NCBI GenBank assembly: GCA_047602425.1
Contig: JASGHG010000001.1
Span: 1,088,001 to 1,152,000, forward strand
Reading direction: 5' to 3'
Source of the DNA: Nibricoccus sp.
Lineage (GTDB): Bacteria; Verrucomicrobiota; Verrucomicrobiia; Opitutales; Opitutaceae
Length of the DNA: 64,000 nt
Shown: piece after piece, positions 29,760 to 40,122 of the stretch
How the letters are laid out: each line of letters opens with the position of its first letter
Position numbering within the stretch: position 1 is the stretch's first letter
Made by a program: the position numbers and the translations under genes
Notes under the pieces: generated by a model
Databases searched by the model: none
What the model was told of the DNA's origin: nothing
Seen by the model: the letters and a program-made list of their open reading frames with translations, nothing else

Positions 29760-29855
29760 AAAGCTTGAAGGGCGGACTCAGCACCGAGGTGCCAGGATTT
29801 TTCCTTTCTTAAGTCTGTAAAAGAACATCCGGCATCTTTGTGGCCACCGGAAATT

Positions 29856-29930
<75 letters not shown>

Positions 29931-30148
29931 AAAAAACGAACCGTGAAAAACTCAGATTTCGCCCCCAGGTGTCAAATCCTTTTGCGGCGAAAATGACTTC
30001 GGACAGTCCGGCGAAGCTCGCCGTCGAAACACGCCCCTCCCCCGCTTTCGAATGCAGCGCCGGCTGTAGTTCCCGCGTCACTACAGCAGCCGTCGATATC
30101 GAAGCCCGGAAGCCGGTCGTCCGGTGGCAGTTACGCCGAAGGCAAATT

Positions 30149-31219
30149 TTAGTCCGCCTCCGCGAGTTTCTGCGCTGTGAAAAGAACCGGCACGCTCATG
30201 CGGACTTCCACCGCCCGACCGTCTTTTTGCGGGGGTTGAAAAACCCATTGAGAAACCGCAACCGTCGCCGCCCAGCCAAAATCCTCGTGGGTCGACGAAA
30301 CGATGCGCGGGAAAAGCACTTTCCCTTCCTTGGTGACGATAAACTCGATTTCCGCCTGACCGGTCAGCCCGTCGTCTTTGAGCGCACGGGGATAAGTAGG
30401 CGAAACCTGGCGGATAAGTTTAGGGCGTTCGGAGAGTTCGGTCGCCGCGAGAATCGACGGCGCGGGTTTGCGCAGCTCCGCCAGCACCCGGCGCGATTCG
30501 GGATCCAGCGAGAGTTCCCCGTCGAATTGATAATGTTCCTTGGCCATGCTCATCACACGCAGGGCTCCCTTCCGGGCGGGTTGATATTCACTGGCCTCGA
30601 CCATGGCGACAACCGCCTTGGCGAAGCTCTTGTTGCTGGCCGCAGAGGAATTTGCAAAAAGAGGCCGTCCCACGTAATCGACCACAAAACTGGCATCCGC
30701 CCAAGCAGGCTGTCCGGCCATAACCACTTCATAGGGGTACACGACCGGCGCTTTGCGTTTTGCCACGGGCACGGAGTTGGAGGGGGTTTCGAGCTGCGGC
30801 GTTTTTTGCGGAGCCGGGTCGCTGCGGACGGCCTTCTCCTCGTTTTGGGTCAAAAACTCCACGGACGCGCGCAGGCGGAAGGTGGAGGGCTGCCCGTCGC
30901 GGGTGCCAGGTTCAAACTTCCAACCATTGACCGCTTTGACCGCGTAGGGATTGAGCTGCTTTTGTGGCGAACTCGTCACCACCGGATCGCGCACGGTGCC
31001 GTCCTGCGTCACAGTAAAGGTGACAATGACGGTGCCTCCCGCTCCCGAACGGAGCAACGAGGTGGGAAAAAGCGGCGCCGGTCGCGAAATGACCTTGGGG
31101 AGCACCTTCGTAGCCCCTCCCCCCTCATCTACGTCTTCAATAATGGCGTCAGCCGCCCTCCCCAGGTTTATTGCAAACAATATACTCAACAGTGCGACGG
31201 CAGATACTAAACTTTTCAT
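30149..31219 (-). CDS. TonB-family protein with three TonB_C-like domains
   Basis: Signal-like N-terminus; three units (PLFP..GTV.V.F.V..DG.V; VYP...ASFVV..GR; TYP..G...EFIV..EG.V). Confidence 0.85.
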   Translation of the reverse strand: MKSLVSAVALLSILFAINLGRAADAIIEDVDEGGGATKVLPKVISRPAPLFPTSLLRSGAGGTVIVTFTVTQDGTVRDPVVTSSPQKQLNPYAVKAVNGWKFEPGTRDGQPSTFRLRASVEFLTQNEEKAVRSDPAPQKTPQLETPSNSVPVAKRKAPVVYPYEVVMAGQPAWADASFVVDYVGRPLFANSSAASNKSFAKAVVAMVEASEYQPARKGALRVMSMAKEHYQFDGELSLDPESRRVLAELRKPAPSILAATELSERPKLIRQVSPTYPRALKDDGLTGQAEIEFIVTKEGKVLFPRIVSSTHEDFGWAATVAVSQWVFQPPQKDGRAVEVRMSVPVLFTAQKLAEAD

Positions 31220-31642
31220 ATATCCAATGTGTTGACGGTTTCGGTTGGATGCAGGTGGACTGACCCGTCCCGTACGGGTTTGTTCACCCTTGGCCCTCCG
31301 GTTTGTATACTAACAGATTGTCGGCCGCCGTCATCGGGTGCGCATGACATTGACGAAGTTTTAGCAGAGGGAAAACCCTCGTCCAACAGGTACAAAACCC
31401 CATGACTGCCATCAATTTTTAAGCCCACAATAATTGTATTAACATATAATATAGCGAAGCCTGATTGTAATGCCTTTATAAAAAAGCCAAACACTATTGT
31501 ATTACCTAAATAGTAAGTGACAGCAGGACGAAAGAAGGTAGCGTCAACCCATCAGTTTGACCGAGGCGGGAGGGAACGCATGGGCGTCATTTGAGGCCGG
31601 GAGGCCGTCGTACCCGCGGAGGACAGGCTGATCTACAAACAT

Positions 31643-34384
31643 ATGAATACGTCGTCCATCCGTACCAGCTGTATATTATTACTTGCCGCGGTCGCACCGA
31701 TCGCGTTTTCCACTCCGGGGATTGCCGCAACCGAAACGAAACCCGCACAACCGGCCGCGGCAACCGCACCGGCCAAGCCGGCCCCCGCACCAGCGGCGGC
31801 TCCGGCAACTAAACCATCTGAACCCGCCAAGTCCGCCGCGGTTCAGGCTCCCGCTCCGGCTGCGAAACCCGCCCCGGCCCCCGCGGCGGCTCAAAAACCA
31901 GCCGAGACACCTAAGCCTCTTCCGCCGGAAACATCGCCCACCGCCGCCGCAGGCGACGAGGTCCTCGTGATGGACACCGTTTACGCGTTTGGCCGGTTCA
32001 ATGAGGAGAGAACGGTGCTCAGCTCGGCTGTTCCGATCGACTCCCTTACCTCGAACGAATTGCGCAGCACCGGTTACACCGAAACCAGCCAGGCTCTCCA
32101 AGCTTTGGTTCCGTCGTTCAACTTCCCCCGCCCCAGCCTCACCGACGGCACCGACCATATTCGTCCGGCGTCGCTTCGCGGTCTCGCGCCCGATCAGACT
32201 TTGATCCTGGTGAACGGTAAGCGTCGTCATCCCAGCGCGCTCATCAACGTCAACGGCACCAGCGGCGCCATGGGACGCGGCTCGGCCTCGGTCGACTTCA
32301 ATGCCTTTCCGCCAACCGCCATCGGTGGAGTCGAAGTGCTTCGCGACGGCGCCGCGGCGCAATACGGTTCTGACGCCATTGCCGGCGTTATCGACCTGAA
32401 ATTACGCAGCGACATCGGCCGCTCGCTCTCCGCCACGGTCGGTTCTACCTACGAAGGCGACGGTAATATATTAGAGCTCGCCTTCGATGCGGGCGCCAAA
32501 CTTGGCGAGACTGGCTTTATCCACGCGTCGACTTATTTCCGCGATCGCGAAAAAACCAATCGCACCGGCACGGATTTCCGCCAGCAATATTTCGGTTTCA
32601 ATAGTTCCGGCCAGCCGGTGGTCTTCCCCACGGTCAACACGACGACCGACAATCATCCGGTTCCCCCGGCGGGCGCCACTTTCGATCCACGCGAAGCGAC
32701 CGTCAACCGTCACAGTTCGCGCTTGGGCGATGCCGATAGCAAAGAGTATGGCATCTTCATCAACTCCGAAGTGGGCAAAAATGTTAAGGGGTATGCATTC
32801 GGTGGATACACTCACCGCGACAGCAGCGCAGCCGCGAACTTCCGCCGTCCGCTCGACAACAGCAACGTGCGTTCGATTTTTCCCGACGGTTTCCTGCCTC
32901 TCATCAAGGCCAAGGTGACCGATAGTTCGATCACGGGAGGCGTCAAAGACCTCACGGGCGATTGGACTTGGGACCTCAGCCAAACCTGGGGTTCGAACGA
33001 ACTCAAATACGACGTCGACAACACGGTGAACGCCACGCTCGGCAATGCCAGTCCGACGCGTTTCTACGCGGGTAAACTTTTCTTCCAGCAGGCCACCACC
33101 AATTTGGACCTTACTCATCAGTTCGACTTCGGCTGGAACGCTCCGCTTCGCCTAGCGCTCGGTAGCGAATATCGTTGGGAAAATTACAAAATCACCGAGG
33201 GTGAACCCGATTCCTACCGCAACGGTGGCGTGCGCATCCTCGACGGACCGTTTGCCAACAGTGCAACGACGCTGCCGGTTCCAGGCGCGCAAGGTTTCCC
33301 GGGTTTCCAACCTGCCGACCGCGTCAATCCGAAGCGCAACAACTACGCGTTTTATTGCGACGTGGAGAACCAGGTGACCGACAAAATCTACCTCTCGGCC
33401 GCTGGGCGTTATGAAAATTATAGCGACTTCGGATCGACGCTTAACGGCAAGGTCTCGGGCCGCTGGCAGGTCGCCAAGCCCTTCGCCGTCCGCGGCAGCG
33501 CGAGCTCGGGTTTCCGCGCGCCGTCGCTTCATCAAAGTTACTACAGCCAAACGGCCACGTCCTTCATCTCGGGCGTGCCGTACGATATCCGGACGTTCCC
33601 CGTGAATCATCCCGTCGCCCGCCTGCTCGGCTCAGTGGATTTGAAACCCGAGAAGTCCCAAAACTACAGCGCCGGCGGTATCCTGCAGCTCGGTAATACG
33701 TTCTCCGCCACGGTCGACCTCTACGAAATCATCATTCATGATCGCATTTCGTACTCCAGTAACTTCAACGACGCGTCCGTGCGCACCTTCCTGGCCGCCC
33801 AAGGCTTTCCCGGTGTCGGCGGCGCCCGGTACTTCACCAATGCGATCAACACCAAGACGCATGGTATCGACCTGACGATGCGTTATCTCATCACCACCAA
33901 AACCGCGGGCAATCTGATCCTGACCGCCGGAATCAATTCCAACCGGCAAAAACTCACCCGCGTCGCCGAAACGCCGCCGCAGCTCGCCGCGATTTCGACC
34001 GTTCCTCTGATCGACCGTGTCGAAACCGTGCGCTATGAAAAAGGCCAGCCGCGCGATACCATCAATCTCGCGGCCAACTACCGCCTCAAAAAGTGGAATC
34101 TCGTCGTCCGCGAAGTCCGTTATGGCAAGGCCTCCCTCGCCGGCAACGCCAACGACGTGACCCGCGACCAGACCGTCAGCGCAAAATGGCTCACCGACAT
34201 CAACCTCGCTTACGACTTCAGGCGCTATCTGTCCTTCAACCTCGGAGCGAACAATGTCTTCGATGTCTATCCCGACAGAGTTCTCCCCACCAACAACCCT
34301 TCGGGTTTCGTTAAATACCCGAACGTTTCTCCCTTCGGTTACAGTGGCGGTTTCTACTATCTGCGCCTCAACAGCCAGTTCTAA
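31643..34384 (+). CDS. TonB-dependent receptor
   Basis: Signal peptide, Pro/Ala linker, plug LRGL...LVNGKR, EVLRDGAAAQYGSDAIAGVI, C-terminal Phe. Confidence 0.95.
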   Translation: MNTSSIRTSCILLLAAVAPIAFSTPGIAATETKPAQPAAATAPAKPAPAPAAAPATKPSEPAKSAAVQAPAPAAKPAPAPAAAQKPAETPKPLPPETSPTAAAGDEVLVMDTVYAFGRFNEERTVLSSAVPIDSLTSNELRSTGYTETSQALQALVPSFNFPRPSLTDGTDHIRPASLRGLAPDQTLILVNGKRRHPSALINVNGTSGAMGRGSASVDFNAFPPTAIGGVEVLRDGAAAQYGSDAIAGVIDLKLRSDIGRSLSATVGSTYEGDGNILELAFDAGAKLGETGFIHASTYFRDREKTNRTGTDFRQQYFGFNSSGQPVVFPTVNTTTDNHPVPPAGATFDPREATVNRHSSRLGDADSKEYGIFINSEVGKNVKGYAFGGYTHRDSSAAANFRRPLDNSNVRSIFPDGFLPLIKAKVTDSSITGGVKDLTGDWTWDLSQTWGSNELKYDVDNTVNATLGNASPTRFYAGKLFFQQATTNLDLTHQFDFGWNAPLRLALGSEYRWENYKITEGEPDSYRNGGVRILDGPFANSATTLPVPGAQGFPGFQPADRVNPKRNNYAFYCDVENQVTDKIYLSAAGRYENYSDFGSTLNGKVSGRWQVAKPFAVRGSASSGFRAPSLHQSYYSQTATSFISGVPYDIRTFPVNHPVARLLGSVDLKPEKSQNYSAGGILQLGNTFSATVDLYEIIIHDRISYSSNFNDASVRTFLAAQGFPGVGGARYFTNAINTKTHGIDLTMRYLITTKTAGNLILTAGINSNRQKLTRVAETPPQLAAISTVPLIDRVETVRYEKGQPRDTINLAANYRLKKWNLVVREVRYGKASLAGNANDVTRDQTVSAKWLTDINLAYDFRRYLSFNLGANNVFDVYPDRVLPTNNPSGFVKYPNVSPFGYSGGFYYLRLNSQF

Positions 34385-34423
34385 GATCTAAGTACTGGTT
34401 GTTGAAATATCGTTATCAGTGTC

Positions 34424-34462
34424 ACGGCCCTTCTGCTCCGGCAGGAGGGCCGTTTCGTTTGT
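34424..34462 (+). terminator. Intrinsic terminator
   Basis: ACGGCCCTTCTGC-TCCG-GCAGGAGGGCCGT plus TTCGTTT. Confidence 0.8.
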
Positions 34463-34605
34463 TCGCCCGGCCCATGCGCTGAAAATAAGTTCCCACGTCC
34501 GGGCGCAGCGAAGCCATGAGCTTCCAAAGAAATGCAGTATCGCTCCTGACCTCGATCGACTTTAACCGAATACGTGACGGCGACCTAAACAGAATGAACG
34601 TCCGC

Positions 34606-34899
34606 GACGCAAACATCTCTGCACCAGACGCCGCTCAAGCGGCAACGCATGCCAACATATCCGCATCGAGCGCCGCTTGAACAGCAACCATTGCCGTTTC
34701 AGCCGCAGCGACTGCGCTTCAAAGCCAATCGACCGCGGACATCCCTGCCTCGCCTGCCATTTGTAGCGCACTGACTGCGGATACTTCTGCGAACGTCGCG
34801 GAGTTCTCCGCAAAGACTGCCGACGTATCTGCAGCGATTACGGGGTTAGCGGCGATCATTGCAGGGTACACTGCGGTAACAGCAGCGGGATTTAAAGAG
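34606..34899. repeat. Degenerate 21-bp tandem array (~14 units)
   Basis: GC recurs at unit positions 4-5 and 16-17 (e.g. GACGCAAACATCTCTGCACCA, CATGCCAACATATCCGCATCG, ACTGCCGACGTATCTGCAGCG). Confidence 0.6.
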
Positions 34900-35011
34900 C
34901 AGCAATCGTCTTCGTGAGACGGTTATCCGATTGATTCCGCCTCTGCATTCGACGGCTCTGCGTGAAATACGATTTCGTTAGAGAGCAACCCAAACCGGTC
35001 GCTTACTCCAA

Positions 35012-36229
35012 TTAAAAGTAACTCATCCAAGCTGCGCGATGGCGGCGCTTAAGAGCGGCGAACCAGCGGCACGCCGGATAAAGCGCCACCACAACCGAAA
35101 TCCAAACCGCGTACACGACAGGAAGACCGAAACCCACGTCAGGTGGCGCCGTTACACCCCGGCCGATTAAAAATGCCGATGTGCCGAAGCAAATCTGACA
35201 AGCCACCATCGCCAGGGCGTGGATCAGCGGAATGTGGATTATATAATAGAAAAACGGCACCTGCCCGTACACAAGAAGCGGCTGCAAACGCTTCGACCAT
35301 GGTCGCTCCAAAAGCGCCAACGCGATCAACCCGGGCCCGATTGTCATTAACACGAAGCAAAGCGAGGGCGGATATTTTGTGCAGTCGAGGAACGACATCA
35401 CCGTGAGCGTCGGACGCGACTGCGTTGCCCAGGGTGTGAGATTGCCATAAACATTCGCCAGCCGCAGCGCCACAAAGCCCACGATCATACCGCAACCAAC
35501 TCTTATCAGCCAGCGTTGGCGCGCCGCGGCGTCCCATTTATAGATCACGCCCATGCCATAGCCAGCCGCCATCACACCTATCCATGGTAGCACTGGATAA
35601 CCAATGCGCATGGAAATGCCCCAGGAGGTCTTTATCTGCCCGGTCACATGCAAAAACGACCACAACCATGAAAAAGAACCCAAACTCTCCGGCTTGACGC
35701 CATCGAAGGCGTTGTGGCCGCCAATCAGAACCAGTCCGATTGTCGTCACCGCCCAGACGGGCAATCGAATGAGCGCCGAAAGCGCAATCATCGCTCCACC
35801 CAATGCCCAAAGCGTGCTGAAATTGTAGCTCTTGACGTCGATGGAGAAACGCCAGCCGAACCATCCCAACAGCGTCAAATCGAGAAATACCAGCCACAGC
35901 CCGCGCGTGAATAAAAACCAAGCGAGTTCTCCTTTCGATTTTCCCCGCTGGGCGGCGAGAAAGACGGCGGTGCCGGCGAGAAAACTGAAAATCGGAGCGC
36001 AAAAGTGTGTGATCCAGCGCGTGAAAAACAACGCTTCAGAGGTCTGGGCCAGATCAAGCGGATTCACGCGATGGAGCGCACCCTCATGAAAAAAATGCCG
36101 TACGTGATCGAGCGCCATGATGACCATCACAAGGCCTCGCAAAAGATCGACCGATTCGATGCGAGGGGCGCGCGAAGGGGCTGTGGATTCAGGTAAATTA
36201 GTTGGGGTTGGCAGCGTGGAAGTATCCAT
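35012..36229 (-). CDS. DUF1624/HGSNAT-like membrane acyltransferase-family protein
   Basis: RIESVDLLRGLVMVIMALDH, RWITHFCAP, KYPPSL. Confidence 0.85.
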   Translation of the reverse strand: MDTSTLPTPTNLPESTAPSRAPRIESVDLLRGLVMVIMALDHVRHFFHEGALHRVNPLDLAQTSEALFFTRWITHFCAPIFSFLAGTAVFLAAQRGKSKGELAWFLFTRGLWLVFLDLTLLGWFGWRFSIDVKSYNFSTLWALGGAMIALSALIRLPVWAVTTIGLVLIGGHNAFDGVKPESLGSFSWLWSFLHVTGQIKTSWGISMRIGYPVLPWIGVMAAGYGMGVIYKWDAAARQRWLIRVGCGMIVGFVALRLANVYGNLTPWATQSRPTLTVMSFLDCTKYPPSLCFVLMTIGPGLIALALLERPWSKRLQPLLVYGQVPFFYYIIHIPLIHALAMVACQICFGTSAFLIGRGVTAPPDVGFGLPVVYAVWISVVVALYPACRWFAALKRRHRAAWMSYF

Positions 36230-36446
36230 GATTACGAAGCAGTTGGGGAATTTTGGAGATGACCGCCAAAGACAGATCGTCAGGGAAATGAGCTGAAAAA
36301 ACCGCCCTGTCCACGTACGATTTCCTCCCGAATCATCTGCGGCTGACTATGAAGTCGGCCCAAAATCAGGCAATCGTCCGCAAGTTTCCCGTGATTTTTG
36401 ACAGGTTCGTGACAAATGGTCCGGCCACTTCGGCTATAACCTGGAC

Positions 36447-37007
36447 ATGCAAAATAGCATTCCAGCTGCCTTTTCGCATCCCTCCCAAAAACGAAAAAAG
36501 TTTCAATACGCTTTCACCCTGTTGCTTGCGTATTTTAGTCTCAGCCATCTCGCCCAAGCAGACCAACGCGTTGCCCAGCCGCAGGCCCAGACTTTCACGG
36601 ACGCCTATCACGTGGCGCTCAACCTCGTTCAGCAACGGCCGGGCGTCCATATGCTGACCGTCGCCTCCACGTACAGCATGTATCCCAAACTTGACTGGGA
36701 TTCGATCGTCGTCGTTGCACCGGTCTCGATCGATCAAGTTCAAGTGGGCGACATTGTCTGCTTCCGCGATCAAAGTGTTGATGGCCAGCGTAAGATTGTG
36801 CATCGCGTCGTAAAAATCCTTCGCAAGGACCACCGTTTGGTCACACGTGGCGACAATTTGGACCGTCCTGACCTGCGTCCTGTCGATGCAGACGCGCTGA
36901 TTGGCAAAGTCACGCACGTTGTTTATTTTGACCGCACAGGCCAACAGCGTCCCGTCGATCACGTGCTGCCCACGCCGGTTCGCTACGAACAAGTCATCCA
37001 CTTGTGA
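36447..37007 (+). CDS. S26-family signal peptidase-like protein (SipW/Sec11 type)
   Basis: SMYP, GDIV.F, IVHRV, TRGDN...D. Confidence 0.8.
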   Translation: MQNSIPAAFSHPSQKRKKFQYAFTLLLAYFSLSHLAQADQRVAQPQAQTFTDAYHVALNLVQQRPGVHMLTVASTYSMYPKLDWDSIVVVAPVSIDQVQVGDIVCFRDQSVDGQRKIVHRVVKILRKDHRLVTRGDNLDRPDLRPVDADALIGKVTHVVYFDRTGQQRPVDHVLPTPVRYEQVIHL

Positions 37008-37084
37008 CTCTCGGCGCGGTAAACTCCACCGGCTTCGGGCGGGGCTTTTTCTTAAACCCGGCCAGCGGGATTTCGGCGGCAGGA

Positions 37085-37831
37085 TCAGTGCGTCATCGCG
37101 TAGACATAGATATTCAACATCATTTCCATGCACTCTTGCGCATGGTTCGGGCGGGTAGCGCGCACGCCTGACCAGCCGCATTGCAAGCCACTGAGCGTGA
37201 TGACCGACACAATGCGGTCTTTCACGTACACGCCGTACAAACCGTGCTGCGCCCAACGCTTATCGTATCGCGCCTCGTGGTAAGTATGCGGCGGTTTCTC
37301 CGTCATCGTGAAAAAGCATGAGTAGATTTCGTGCTCCGACGACAGTGGCTTGATTTCGCAGCCCGGAATCAGCGCGGTGAACACCGCTTTGTTGTCGGCC
37401 AAAAACTTCGCAGGATCGGGGTTGATCGTCTTGTTAATGCAGGCGTCGACCACGACGAAGCCACCACGCTTGAAATACTCGGCCAGATTGGAACGCGCCG
37501 AGGCTGATCGAACCGCCGCCAGCGAATTTGCGAAGATGAACGGATACCGGCAAAGATCCTCGAGACTGTTCATGCTCACGCTGTACCAGGTCGGGTCCAT
37601 ATTCAGGCTCGTTTCGCGCCGGATGAAAATCGAAAGCCGGTAGTCCGCTTCGCTGTGCCGCTCCCAGTATTCGTCGGGCGTGCGCAACCGCGCCCAGCCA
37701 ACCCGGCCGCCACGCATCACACTATCATCATCCTGGGCTCGGACGGAGCCGCCGAAGCCAGCCGCAAAAACCGCCACCGCCCCGACCAAAACCAGGCGCC
37801 TGAGGCATTTTTGCGGGAGAAGACTTTTCAT
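37085..37831 (-). CDS. DUF4159-like exported protein
   Basis: Signal peptide; YPFIF...NLAEYFKRGGFVVVD...HEIY...CGW...NIYVYAMTH. Confidence 0.8.
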   Translation of the reverse strand: MKSLLPQKCLRRLVLVGAVAVFAAGFGGSVRAQDDDSVMRGGRVGWARLRTPDEYWERHSEADYRLSIFIRRETSLNMDPTWYSVSMNSLEDLCRYPFIFANSLAAVRSASARSNLAEYFKRGGFVVVDACINKTINPDPAKFLADNKAVFTALIPGCEIKPLSSEHEIYSCFFTMTEKPPHTYHEARYDKRWAQHGLYGVYVKDRIVSVITLSGLQCGWSGVRATRPNHAQECMEMMLNIYVYAMTH

Positions 37832-37848
37832 TTTCGGGCGCCCTTTTT

Positions 37849-40122
37849 TCAGAGTAGGAACCAACGACGACGCAGGAGCAACTCCACTCCGTAGCAGCCG
37901 ATAAGCAACGCCAGCACCCAGCGACGATGCCAAAGCTGGGTGGTCCGTTCGGAGACGATCTCGGGCGCCGCCGGCTCGCGGGGCGCGATCCATTGTTCTG
38001 GCACCGTTTCGTTCAGCACGACTCCGCCCGTTCGCTCGGCCAGTTTCGCCATTAAAACTTCGTCGACGGCCGAGTTGGAGTTTTCTCCCGCCGGCCCGTT
38101 GCCGGTGTCCTGCACGCGCATCCAGTGACGCGCCACGCGTCCGTTTTCCTCGATGGCCCGCAATTCCCATTCGCCGGCTCCGGATGGACGCCAACGGTAG
38201 GAAAGAGTTTCGCCGCCTTCCATGACGCGAGGAATTTCAACTGGAACCTGCCCGCCAAACACCGAGTAAACGTGAATGGGCGCGGAGCCGCCTCCAACCA
38301 ATCGCAGTACAACATCCTGACCGATCTCCGTGCTCAGCGGCGCGTGATCAAAAACCAAATCACGTATCCGGTCGCGCCCGAGCCACGCGAAAAGATGACG
38401 CCAGAATTTCTCCGCGCCCTTGGCCGAACTTTCTTCATTCAACTTCCAGCGCCAGAGCGCGTCGCTCGTCAGGACGGCGCTTTGACCGCGTCCGTAACGT
38501 TGCATCGCCAACAGAATCGCGCGGCTACCATCTCCTCCCGCGGGCGAAGTTTCGCTCGGGTGACGCGCCAACACGACCGCACCGGGTTTGGCCCGCAGCA
38601 CTTGCGCATAACTCGAAAATTTCGGCGAAACCATCGCCCCGCCCTGCCCGAAAATTTCCTGCGCGTCGGGCTCCCACGCAAATTCCGCAAGTTCTATCGC
38701 TTGGCCGCTTCCTCCGGCGTGGCCGTAGCGGACGCGCGACCGCGAGGACCCGCCGGAGGATTTCGGACGCGTGCCTTTGACCGGATTCGAATTCAAAAAA
38801 ACAACCGGCAGCATTTTCTCCAGCTCGCTTCCGGCAAAACCGTTGGCCGATGCGTCGTCGGGCGCGAAGAACATCAGCACGCCGCCGTTCTTCACCCACT
38901 CGGTGAGCGCCGCCTGTTGCGCCGGGGAAAACTGCTGGGCTGCGGCGTTGGCCAGCACAATGACGTCGTAGGCCAAGAGCGCCGCCGCCGTGGAAGGAAA
39001 GCCCTTGGCGGAATTATCGAAATAGTTTGGCGCTAGAGCCAGGATCGGCGTGAAGGTAAACTCAGGATCGTCGCGCAGCATGTCGGCCAAAAATTTATAG
39101 CCCCAGTCGAGCGCGCCCTGAAAAAAGAGAATGCGGTTGTTGCCCGGCGCCTGCACCCGGATTTCCGCGCGAGCCACCACCGCTTGCTCGGCGTCGCCGA
39201 TTTGCAGCTCGATCGGCAACAGCCCGATATTGTCGGCGCCGATCTCGGCCGTCCAGGTGTACATGTGCCGACCCGCTTCGAGCCGGAGCGTCTCTGTCGG
39301 TTTCTGATTGTTCCCCACGCGAAATCGGACCGGCACGGAACGCGCCGCCGGTTGATAACTGTCGAGCGTGACTTCGAGTTGAAAGGTCGAGCGCGGCGCG
39401 AGCGTGCCCGGCGCATTCCAGTCGCGCAGCGTGAAAAAAGATTTGCCGGTGTAGCGATTTCGCCCCGGCACGAAATAAAGCGGTGTGCCCGTGCCGAGCG
39501 CGGATCGCACCGTGGATTCCACCTGTTCGGATGCAGCCGAACCGCTGGTGTCGATGCCGTCGGTCAAGGTGATCACGCCGCCCCATCCGCCCGCCGGAGC
39601 TTGCTTCAGCACTTGCTGCAAAGCCGCGAACAACTCCGTGCGATCGCCCGCCAGCGCGGCAGGAGCGTCGACGTCCGCGATTTTTTCGACACCTCGCGCA
39701 AACGCGAAACTCGCCACATCGCTAAACGCCTTGCGCGCGGCCGGCTCGATCGCCAGCCAGCGCCGACGCGCATCGTCGCCTCGCTGCTGCCGCCGGTTGT
39801 CCGGCTTCCGCATGCTGTCCGAACGATCCACCAGCACCGCGAGCGGCCGGAGCGTTTCGTGGTATTGTTGGGAATATTTTTTCTCCACGCGCACCGGCCC
39901 AGCCAGCAACACCAGGAGCAATAGCAGGAGCAGGAAACGCAGACCCGTGAGCACGATCTTCCGGCCGGTCGAAAGCCGAACCAGCGTGTAGTGGTAACTC
40001 AGCGCCAGCAGCAACAGCCCGAGCACGGCGGCCAGCCCGAGGACCAGCCACGCCAGCTGCGAGTCGAGCCCGCCGAGCGTGCCGCCGAACCGCCACTGCA
40101 CATCTTGGAAAACGGATGTCAT
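37849..40122 (-). CDS. Membrane protein with vWA, Ig-like and class I GATase-like domains
   Basis: N- and C-terminal TM helices; MIDAS DRSDS/TDG; YDVIVL...WVKNGGVL, YGRG...LWRW; terminal LRRRW. Confidence 0.8.
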   Translation of the reverse strand: MTSVFQDVQWRFGGTLGGLDSQLAWLVLGLAAVLGLLLLALSYHYTLVRLSTGRKIVLTGLRFLLLLLLLVLLAGPVRVEKKYSQQYHETLRPLAVLVDRSDSMRKPDNRRQQRGDDARRRWLAIEPAARKAFSDVASFAFARGVEKIADVDAPAALAGDRTELFAALQQVLKQAPAGGWGGVITLTDGIDTSGSAASEQVESTVRSALGTGTPLYFVPGRNRYTGKSFFTLRDWNAPGTLAPRSTFQLEVTLDSYQPAARSVPVRFRVGNNQKPTETLRLEAGRHMYTWTAEIGADNIGLLPIELQIGDAEQAVVARAEIRVQAPGNNRILFFQGALDWGYKFLADMLRDDPEFTFTPILALAPNYFDNSAKGFPSTAAALLAYDVIVLANAAAQQFSPAQQAALTEWVKNGGVLMFFAPDDASANGFAGSELEKMLPVVFLNSNPVKGTRPKSSGGSSRSRVRYGHAGGSGQAIELAEFAWEPDAQEIFGQGGAMVSPKFSSYAQVLRAKPGAVVLARHPSETSPAGGDGSRAILLAMQRYGRGQSAVLTSDALWRWKLNEESSAKGAEKFWRHLFAWLGRDRIRDLVFDHAPLSTEIGQDVVLRLVGGGSAPIHVYSVFGGQVPVEIPRVMEGGETLSYRWRPSGAGEWELRAIEENGRVARHWMRVQDTGNGPAGENSNSAVDEVLMAKLAERTGGVVLNETVPEQWIAPREPAAPEIVSERTTQLWHRRWVLALLIGCYGVELLLRRRWFLL

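Noticed and set aside
31505..31642. Possible riboswitch before the TonB-dependent receptor
   Set aside because: No cobalamin, TPP or c-di-GMP consensus recognisable by eye; an Rfam scan would be needed
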